64,000 bases of DNA from an uncultured delta proteobacterium (lineage in GTDB: Bacteria > Myxococcota > Myxococcia > Myxococcales > Myxococcaceae): assembly GCA_963771175.1 (NCBI GenBank), contig CAVYSY010000032.1, forward strand, positions 352,001 to 416,000, given 5' to 3'. Positions 1 through 9,128 of this stretch are shown here, piece by piece. Position 1 is the first letter of the stretch. The number at the start of each line of letters is the position of its first letter. The notes beneath the pieces were generated by a model. That model made no database searches and was not told the DNA's origin. It worked only from the letters and a program-made list of their open reading frames with translations. Made by a program: the position numbers and the translations under genes.

Positions 1-228
1 CTTCACGCCGAAGGACAGGTCGAGCTCGTTCTCCTCCTCGAACTTGTGCTTCTGGGCGTCCGTGAGGATGGAGTAGCAGAGCTGCTTGGTCTCCACCGGG
101 GTGAGCTGGGCCGTCTTGAGCGGCACCAGCTCGCCGTCCACGCGGAGCTGGGGCGGGGAGCCGGTGGTGATGTGGAGGTCGGAAGCGCCCTTCTCGACCA
201 TCGCCTTGAGCAGCTGGTGCAGATTCAC
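1..228 (-). CDS. pilT: Type IV pilus retraction ATPase PilT, 5' part (runs off window edge)
   Basis: Manual translation from GTG at 228: MNLHQLLKAMVEKGASDLHITTGSPPQLRVDGELVPL..., the PilT N-terminus; directly downstream of pilB. Confidence 0.93.
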   Translation of the reverse strand, partial: MNLHQLLKAMVEKGASDLHITTGSPPQLRVDGELVPLKTAQLTPVETKQLCYSILTDAQKHKFEEENELDLSFGVK

Positions 229-272
229 GAAAACCGTCCTTCGGGTAGGTGGGGGATGCCGGGGGAGTGGGG

Positions 273-1976
<1,704 letters not shown>

Positions 1977-2166
1977 TTTCAGAGGCCTCGAGCGTTGAAA
2001 AGGCTGAACGGCGCCCACCGCGTGACGACGCGAGAGGACACCACAAAAGATGCGCGAACGTACGAGCGCATGAGATGCTCGGATTAAAGGAAGCGACACA
2101 CAACCCTGTCAAGGCACCGTGTGGGGCCCGCTCTCCCGGCAACCCGTTGAATCCACTCGGAAAATT

Positions 2167-3093
2167 TCAGTCGGACGCCCGGGCGATCACCGTGCGAGCA
2201 GCCTCGACGTCCCTCTTGATCTGCCCCACGAGCTCCGCCACGGAGCCAAAACGGCGCTCGGCGCGCAGCCGCTCCAGGAACTGCACCCGCAGCTCCTTGC
2301 CGTAGAGATCACCACTGAAGTCCAGCAGGTGGGCCTCGATGGTGACCTCGTTCACCCCGAAGGTGGGTTTGACACCGATGTTGGCCACTCCGGGGTGCCA
2401 GGTCGCCCCGGACTCCCCCCCGAAGCGGACGCGGATGGCGTACACGCCGGCGGCGGGCCGCAGCTCGTTCTGGGTGTCCACGTTGGCGGTGGGAATGCCG
2501 ATGCTCCGGCCCCGACCCTGGCCGGTGACGACGGTGCCGTCCAGATCGAAAGGCCGCCCCAGCAACCGCTGCGCGGCACTCACCCGGCCCTCGAGGATGT
2601 ACTCGCGCACCTTGGAGGAGGAGGCCACCACGCCGTCGACGGTGACAGGGGGCACCACGTGCACCTGGGCCCCTCGGGCGGCGGCGGCCTCGCGCAGGGT
2701 GTCGGCGGTGCCGGCACGCGCGGCGCCGTAGGTGAAGTCGTAGCCCACCACGATGTGGCGCGCGCCCAGCACGTCCAGCAGCGAGGCCTCGAAGTCGCGC
2801 GGCGAGTGGCGGGCGTACTCCAGCGTGAAGGGCTGCACCACGGCCGCGTCCAGGCCGCAGTCCTCGAAGAGCTCCAGCTTGCGCGGCAGCAAGGTGATCA
2901 GCTTGGGGGCCAGCTCCGGCTGGAGCACCTTGCCCGGGTGGGGCTGGAAGGTGAGCGCGGCGGCGGGAGGGCCGTGGCGCCGGGCCTCGGCGAAGAGGGC
3001 CTGGTGACCCAGGTGGACACCATCGAAGTTGCCCAGCGCGAGCGCACAGCCGGCCAGCTCCCGCGCTTCCGTGACTCCATGGAAGACCTTCAT
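2167..3093 (-). CDS. ribF: Bifunctional riboflavin kinase/FAD synthetase
   Basis: GNFDGVHLGHQ, SSSKVR, GRSIGIPTAN, NIGVKPTF, EAHLLDF motifs. Confidence 0.96.
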   Translation of the reverse strand: MKVFHGVTEARELAGCALALGNFDGVHLGHQALFAEARRHGPPAAALTFQPHPGKVLQPELAPKLITLLPRKLELFEDCGLDAAVVQPFTLEYARHSPRDFEASLLDVLGARHIVVGYDFTYGAARAGTADTLREAAAARGAQVHVVPPVTVDGVVASSSKVREYILEGRVSAAQRLLGRPFDLDGTVVTGQGRGRSIGIPTANVDTQNELRPAAGVYAIRVRFGGESGATWHPGVANIGVKPTFGVNEVTIEAHLLDFSGDLYGKELRVQFLERLRAERRFGSVAELVGQIKRDVEAARTVIARASD

Positions 3094-3184
3094 GGGGCGC
3101 CGGTATAGCGCCAAAACCATCGCTTTGCCCTGGCCAGACCGCCCCGGCCCGTGAGAAGAGGCGCTCCAGCGTCACCCATCCGTC

Positions 3185-3805
3185 ATGCCTCGCCCCCGCC
3201 TCCTCCCTGAACCCGTCGGCCTGCACCTGGCCTCCCTCGAAGCCCCGCCCGACTGGGACGCGGAGTTCGGCTTCTCCGGCCCCCTGGAGCTGGAGATCGG
3301 CTCCGGTGCCGGCGGCCACGCCCTGGAGTACTGCCGCCGCCACCCCGAGGTGCGCTTCGTCGCCTTCGAGTGGCGCAAGAAGTACGCGCGCGACACCCTG
3401 GACCGTGGCCACAAGATGGGCCTGCGCAACCTGCGCGTGCTCGAGGCGGACGCCCGCTTCGTGGTGCCGCGCATCTTCGCCCCCAACTCGCTGGACACCA
3501 TCCACCTCCAGTTCCCCGACCCCTGGTGGAAGCGCGCCCACTACAAGCGAGCCGTCATCCAGCCCGAGTTCGCCAGGCTGCTGCTGGACCGGCTCAAGCC
3601 CGGGGGCCTGTTCGACATGCGCACGGACGTCCAGGACCGGGGCGTGTCCATGCTCGCCATCCTCGAGGACGCCGGCTTCGTCAACCCGCTCGGCAAGGGT
3701 GTGTTCCATCCTTATGACCCCGAGGAAGTTCCCTCCACGCGAGAGCGGCGATACCTGGCCAGCGGCGAGCCCGTGTACCGCGCCCGCCTGCGCAAGCCCG
3801 CCTGA
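3185..3805 (+). CDS. trmB: tRNA (guanine-N7)-methyltransferase
   Basis: LELEIGSGAG SAM motif and FPDPWWKRAH motif. Confidence 0.9.
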   Translation: MPRPRLLPEPVGLHLASLEAPPDWDAEFGFSGPLELEIGSGAGGHALEYCRRHPEVRFVAFEWRKKYARDTLDRGHKMGLRNLRVLEADARFVVPRIFAPNSLDTIHLQFPDPWWKRAHYKRAVIQPEFARLLLDRLKPGGLFDMRTDVQDRGVSMLAILEDAGFVNPLGKGVFHPYDPEEVPSTRERRYLASGEPVYRARLRKPA

Positions 3806-3837
3806 GGAGCCGCCGGGCCGGGGGTGACTTGGCAGTC

Positions 3838-4978
3838 ATGCCGCATCCGGGGAAGAATCAGCCTTCCCCAAAGGTCCCGGGGCACGGGGTGGATGGCAGC
3901 AACATGGCGGATGGCTCGAGCAAGAAGATGGTGGAGACGCCCCGCCGCGTCGCGTCCGCGAACCTCCTCGCGGATCGCACCATCCTGCTCGTCGATGACG
4001 AGCCGGCCAACATCCGCCACGTGCGAGAGGGGCTGGCCGCTCACGGCTACCGCTTCCGCGAGGCCTACGACGGCACCGAGGCGCTGCGCTCCCTGCGCGA
4101 AGTGAGGCCGGACCTCATCATCATGGACGTGGAGATGCCGCGGCTGGGCGGGGTGGAGGTGTGCCGCATCATCAAGGCCAATGGCGGCGAGGGCGGCTTC
4201 GGCTTCATCCCCGTCATCCTCGTGACGGCGCGGCAGGCCGCGGGCAAGGTGGAGGGCCTGGAGCTGGGGGCGGACGACTACCTGGTCAAACCCTTCGACA
4301 TGCTGGAGCTGTCCGCGCGCGTGAAGTCCATGCTGCGCCTCAAGGTGCTGCAGGACGCGGTGGTGGAGAAGAACCGCGAGCTGGACCACAAGAACCGCGA
4401 GCTGGACCGGGCCAACAGGGAGCTGGCCCAGAAGCGCGAGGAGCTGCTGGCCCTCACCCGCACGGACGCGCTCACCGGCCTCAACAACCGCCGCTACTTC
4501 GAGGAGCGTCTGACCGAGGAGTTCGCCCGCTCCACGCGCTACCGCTCGCCGCTGTCGCTGGTGATGATGGACATCGACCACTTCAAGCGGATCAACGACA
4601 CCTACGGGCACCCCTTCGGCGACGAGGTGCTGCGCCGGGTGGCCCAGACGGTGCGCGGAAAAGCTGCGGGAGGTGGACTTCGTGGCGCGCTACGGTGGCG
4701 AGGAGCTCATCGCCCTGCTGCCCGAGACGGGGCCCAAGGAGGCACTCGGGGCGTGCGAGCGCGTGCGCGAGGCCATCGCCGCCATCCAACTGGAGCACCG
4801 CGCCCCGGACGGCACGCGCAAGCCCGTGCAGGTCACCGCCTCGCTCGGAGTGGCCAACATGCCCTCCAAGAGCCTGCTGTCCGTGGACGAGCTGCTGCGA
4901 GCGGCGGATACCTGCCTCTACGAGGCCAAGGCGGCCGGCCGCAACTGCGTCCGCCAATACCAGGAGCCCCCAGAGTGA
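3838..4978 (+). CDS. Response-regulator diguanylate cyclase (REC-coiled coil-GGDEF), one frameshift near 4660
   Basis: REC domain (LLVDDE, IIMDVEMP, KPF); DALTGLNNRR and DIDHFKRIND in one frame; removing one A at ~4659-4662 joins LREVDFVARYGGEEL (RxxD I-site plus GGEEL). Confidence 0.9.
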
Positions 4979-5013
4979 CACTGCCCCTTGGCGAGCGCGG
5001 ATCTTTGGCCTAC

Positions 5014-5442
5014 ATGGCAAGAACCATGCGCCTGCTGCCCGCGATGTCGCTCCTCCTGCTGCTCCTGCTGGGACTCGGCGGTTGCAACCGACCCAGCTAC
5101 GACACGCCGGTGAAGGCCTACCAGACCTTCCACCGGGCGGTGCAGCGGCGAGAAGCCAAGATTGCTTATGGCTCCCTTTCGAAAACCACCCAGGATGCCC
5201 TCCAGGCCCGGGCCCAGACGGTGGCCCAGGCTTCCGGAGGCGCGGTGAAGGCAGATCCGGTAGCCTTGTTCTTCGCGAATGTTCCTCCGCCCGCCGATGT
5301 TACGGAGGTCACTCTCTTGAGCGAGGAAGGAGATGTAGCCAAGGTGAGCGTGGTTTCCTCGACCGGAAAGAGTCAGGTCCGGATGGTTCGTGAACCGTCC
5401 GGATGGAAGGTAGACCTTACGGAGTCCCTCCAGCAGCCGTGA
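5014..5442 (+). CDS. Hypothetical lipoprotein
   Basis: Hydrophobic signal ending LGGC lipobox; own ATG after the cyclase stop codon. Confidence 0.75.
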   Translation: MARTMRLLPAMSLLLLLLLGLGGCNRPSYDTPVKAYQTFHRAVQRREAKIAYGSLSKTTQDALQARAQTVAQASGGAVKADPVALFFANVPPPADVTEVTLLSEEGDVAKVSVVSSTGKSQVRMVREPSGWKVDLTESLQQP

Positions 5443-5488
5443 GAACAGGCCTCCCCCAGGCCGCTCGCGCATCAGGTAGCCTACAAAC

Positions 5489-6733
5489 GTGAACGATCGG
5501 AAGACACGGCGGATTGCCCCCGCAGTCGAGGTCATCCGGCGCCCGGCCGCCACTCCTGGCACCCCCGCGCCAACCCCGACGCCTGCGGCGTCCGTTTCCC
5601 CCCGGCCTACGCCAACTCCCACCCCACGGCCCGCCCCCGTGCCGACACCGACGTCCACCGCGGCGCCGAGCCCGTCGGTTCCCGTGATGCCCCGGCCCAC
5701 GCCCCGGCCCACGCCGACGGCTCCGGTATCCCCGACGGCTCCGGTGGCCGCCACGGCACCGGTGTCCCCGGCGGCCCCCGCTTCCACGGCTCCCGTGGCG
5801 CCACGCCCGATGTCCCCCTCCCCCACCGCGCCGAGGCCCGGCCCCTTCGCCGGTCGTACGCCAGGGGCGGGCTCGATGGGCCGGCCCGGGGGTGGATTCG
5901 GACGTCCGCGGACGCCTCGCCCGCCTCCGACTCCCGAGCAGATCCTCGCGCTCGCCGTCAAGGAGCACGTGCCTGCCCGCATCGCCAAGGGCGACCTCGA
6001 GGGCAAGATGAAGTGCCGGGTGTGGCGCAAGCTGCACGCCGAGGAGGCCAAGCGGTTCGATCAGGTGTACGACCTGATGGCCAAGAACCCGGGGCTGTCC
6101 CTGCCGGACGGCTTCGGTGTGCTGCAGAGCGGCCTGTCCGTGGCCGACTTCCTCGCACGCAAGGAGCGCACCCAGCGCAAGGCCGCCGTGAAGCAGGCCC
6201 GCGGCGAGGTGGATGACTCCTCGGTGAGCGCCTTCATCAACGGACTGTTGGAGTCGAAGACCGAGCTGGCCGTCGTGCTGGGCGAGCGCACCGTGCTCGA
6301 CACCCTGTCCACTGTGGAGCCCATCTCCTTCCTGCTCACCCGCAGCGGGCGACTGGAGAAGCTCCAGGTCGTCATGCTCACGCGCAGGTCGGACTGGGAT
6401 CTGCTCACGCCCCAGCTCGAGCGAGACCCGAAGCTGGCCCAGAAGCCCGCCAACGTCGCGCGTCAGCCGGACAAGCGCCCGTTCTCGGATCCCCGGCCCT
6501 TCCTCGACCACCAGGGCGAGCGCGTGCGGCTCACGCTGCGCAACGGCATCCAGTTCGAATCGACGCTGCGCGTGGTGGGACGCTTCGACCTCATCCTCGG
6601 TGAGGACGGACACGAGCTGTTCATCCCCCTGCACGCCCTGGTGCGCTTCTCCGCGGCGGATACCTCGGAGGAGATGGACATGGAAGACACGGACATGGAT
6701 ATGTCCGACGACGAGACCGAGCAGAACGCCTAG
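5489..6733 (+). CDS. Hypothetical protein, Pro/Thr-rich N-terminus and C-terminal Hfq/Sm-like domain(s)
   Basis: 414-aa ORF with myxobacterial codon bias; C-terminal PFLDHQGERVRLTLRNGIQFESTLRVVGRFDLIL...LFIPLHAL resembles Hfq Sm1/Sm2. Confidence 0.7.
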   Translation: MNDRKTRRIAPAVEVIRRPAATPGTPAPTPTPAASVSPRPTPTPTPRPAPVPTPTSTAAPSPSVPVMPRPTPRPTPTAPVSPTAPVAATAPVSPAAPASTAPVAPRPMSPSPTAPRPGPFAGRTPGAGSMGRPGGGFGRPRTPRPPPTPEQILALAVKEHVPARIAKGDLEGKMKCRVWRKLHAEEAKRFDQVYDLMAKNPGLSLPDGFGVLQSGLSVADFLARKERTQRKAAVKQARGEVDDSSVSAFINGLLESKTELAVVLGERTVLDTLSTVEPISFLLTRSGRLEKLQVVMLTRRSDWDLLTPQLERDPKLAQKPANVARQPDKRPFSDPRPFLDHQGERVRLTLRNGIQFESTLRVVGRFDLILGEDGHELFIPLHALVRFSAADTSEEMDMEDTDMDMSDDETEQNA

Positions 6734-6748
6734 CCGCGAGGAACGCCG

Positions 6749-7183
6749 ATGACCTCCTTTGTCTCCCGAATCATCAAGCCCTTGCTGGCGCTCACCCTGG
6801 CGGCCGCGGTGCTGAGTTCCGCACAGGGCTGCTCCAAGGACCCGAAGCCGGCGGAGCCCTCCGCCCCAGCCGCCGCTGCCCCGGCCGCCGCCGCCCAGCC
6901 GGCGAAGCCCGGTGAGCCGCGCACCATCGCGCTCTCCGTCACCGAGAAGGGCTACGAGCCGAGCCCCATCACCCTCAAGCAGGGCGAGCCCGTGAAGCTG
7001 GTGCTGACCCGCACCACGGACCACACCTGCGCGACGGAGATCGTCCTCGACGAGTACGGCATCAACACGAAGCTGCCCCTCAACCAGCCGGTGGAGGTGT
7101 CCTTCACCCCCGACAAGACGGGCAAGCTCGTCTACGGCTGCGCGATGGGGAAGATGATCAGCGGCGTGTTCATGGTGGAGTAG
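6749..7183 (+). CDS. Cupredoxin-domain lipoprotein (CupA-like)
   Basis: Lipobox AQGC; GYEPSPITLKQGEPVKL, TCATEIV and YGCAMGKMISG cupredoxin motifs. Confidence 0.85.
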   Translation: MTSFVSRIIKPLLALTLAAAVLSSAQGCSKDPKPAEPSAPAAAAPAAAAQPAKPGEPRTIALSVTEKGYEPSPITLKQGEPVKLVLTRTTDHTCATEIVLDEYGINTKLPLNQPVEVSFTPDKTGKLVYGCAMGKMISGVFMVE

Positions 7184-7241
7184 CACCGCCGCACAGAGGG
7201 GGCCGGCCACACCCGCGCGGTGTGGAGGCCCCCTTCGTGTA

Positions 7242-8816
7242 TCAATCCCTCGGCCCCTGGTAGACGACCTCCTCCGAGAGGGGCGCATCCGCCGGCAGCG
7301 GGCACGAGATGGGTTGGGCCAGCTTCGCGGCGCGGTGGCGCGCGAGGTGGAAGGCCGGCCAGCCCCCCGGCATCGGCTTGGAGAAGCCGCAGAACATGTT
7401 CCGGACGTTCCACGCGAGCACGCTCTCGGGCGCCTGGGCCATGGCGGCGAGCTCCGGCGCGGCGTCCTCGGACAGAGACAGCACCATGTAGGCCTCGTCC
7501 AGCCCGTGGCCATTCTCGGAGCGCTCGAGGTTGCCGCGCGCGATGAAGGCGTCCGGGTTGAGCACGTTGAGCGCGGCGAGGAAGCCGAGCGCCCCCACGA
7601 AGGCACCGAGGGCGAAGCGCTCCGGGCGCCACCACAGCGTCACCGCGCGCCACGCGAGCACCCCGGCCAGGGCCACCATGAAGACGTGCGTGTACACGCG
7701 CAGGTGCGTGTAGCCGTAGACGGACTCGTAGAGCGCCATGCGCTTCACCGCCGAGGCCAGGATGAGCAGTACCAGACCCACCATCGCCGAGCACGCCGCC
7801 CGGAAGGCGGTGAGCTGCCCCTGGCCCTGGAGCCGCGTCCAGCGCGCCAGCGCCATGCTGAGGCCCAGCGTCATCATCGACACCGTGAGCAGCTCGAAGA
7901 AGCCTCGGCGGGCGTACTCGGCGTAGGTGAGGCCCGAGGGCAGGCGCGCCTCGCCGAAGAGGAAGGCGAGCTGGATGGCGGCGAAGCCCAGGAAGAGCAG
8001 GTCCACCAGGCCCAGGAGCGTGAGGCTCTCGGTGAAGCCCAGGCGGGCCACGGCCGGAGCCACCTCCGTCTCACCGGCCTCGCTGCCATGGCGGCGCCGC
8101 CGCAGCGCGTGGGCGAGCAGGCCGAGCGCCGCGAACGCACCAGCACCGATGAACACCAGCCGCGCGACGGTGTCCAGGAACGACAGGCCCAGGTCGAAGG
8201 ACAGCACCCGCGCCACCGCGTTCTCGAAGACCGCGTCCGCCGAGGCGAGCAGCGCGGTGAAGATGAACAGCACGGGCACGGCGAGCAGCGCTCCGCGCAG
8301 TACGGGCATCAGCTTCGGCACCTGCTTGCGGGCCGCGGACAGGTCCACTTCCGAGTACACCACTCCCGGAGGGAGGATGGCGGCACGGACGAACGTCCCG
8401 AGCGCGGTGAACGGGTAGCTCCACAGCCCGAGCCGCTCCACGCGCCCGGCCGCCCAGAAGTGGGTGACGAGCAGCAGCAGGAAGCCCGAGGCGAGCACGT
8501 TGAGCGTGGTGAGGAAGGGGCTCGCGCGCACGAAGACCATGCCGGAGAAGAACATCAGCGGCACGAGCAGCCAGGAGTTGGGACTGGCCCGCTGCCAGCC
8601 CTCGCGGCCTCCCAGGGCGAGCAGCGCCGTGAGGAAGAGCACGACGAACAGCGGGAACGACAGGCCGAGCGCGGGCCCATCGAAGAGCACCTCGGCGCAG
8701 AGGCCCAGCCCGAGCGCCGCGAGCAACGTCGCGCGAGGCCGGCGCAGCCGGGGAACGGCGGGTGCGGAGGGCGCTTCGACAGTGGGGGTCGGGAAGCCAG
8801 TGGCGGTGATCGTCAT
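7242..8816 (-). CDS. DUF4173/DUF4153-type polytopic membrane protein
   Basis: Multiple TM segments; LLASADAVF, TYAEYARRGFFEL, YESVYGYTHLR, LNPDAFIA motifs. Confidence 0.8.
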   Translation of the reverse strand: MTITATGFPTPTVEAPSAPAVPRLRRPRATLLAALGLGLCAEVLFDGPALGLSFPLFVVLFLTALLALGGREGWQRASPNSWLLVPLMFFSGMVFVRASPFLTTLNVLASGFLLLLVTHFWAAGRVERLGLWSYPFTALGTFVRAAILPPGVVYSEVDLSAARKQVPKLMPVLRGALLAVPVLFIFTALLASADAVFENAVARVLSFDLGLSFLDTVARLVFIGAGAFAALGLLAHALRRRRHGSEAGETEVAPAVARLGFTESLTLLGLVDLLFLGFAAIQLAFLFGEARLPSGLTYAEYARRGFFELLTVSMMTLGLSMALARWTRLQGQGQLTAFRAACSAMVGLVLLILASAVKRMALYESVYGYTHLRVYTHVFMVALAGVLAWRAVTLWWRPERFALGAFVGALGFLAALNVLNPDAFIARGNLERSENGHGLDEAYMVLSLSEDAAPELAAMAQAPESVLAWNVRNMFCGFSKPMPGGWPAFHLARHRAAKLAQPISCPLPADAPLSEEVVYQGPRD

Positions 8817-8851
8817 ACGGGACTCCGAGAGCGCGAGTTCGCGCGGTGCAG

Positions 8852-8867
8852 TGCAAGGTTGGGCCCA
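8852..8867 (-). promoter_or_regulatory. Candidate sigma54 (-24/-12) promoter for the membrane protein gene
   Basis: Minus strand TGGGCCCAACCTTGCA = GG-N10-GC with TTGCA, ~36 nt upstream of ATG 8816. Confidence 0.45.
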
Positions 8868-9128
8868 TCCAGGGCGCTGGCGAGGGCCCGCACGCCGAAC
8901 GGTCGGTTCGCGGCACCGAGCGGTCGCGAGGTGACTCCGCGTCCAGTACCCGATACCGACGTCCCGCCTCGGGCGTGTCCGGGTCGCCACGGCTGCGGCC
9001 GGTGAACCGCACACCCGCCCCGCGTGAAATCCGCGGCGCGATTCACTGCTCGTCTGTTCCGTCCCGACCCCGGACGCCCCGTTTCTCGGCATGACGCTCG
9101 AAGGCGGTTAGGCTGCGCCCTCTTCCCC

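Noticed and set aside
3829..5442. Apparent 537-aa cyclase-lipoprotein fusion or programmed frameshift
   Set aside because: One extra base explains it; the GGEEL half has its own stop at 4978 and the lipoprotein has its own start and signal peptide.
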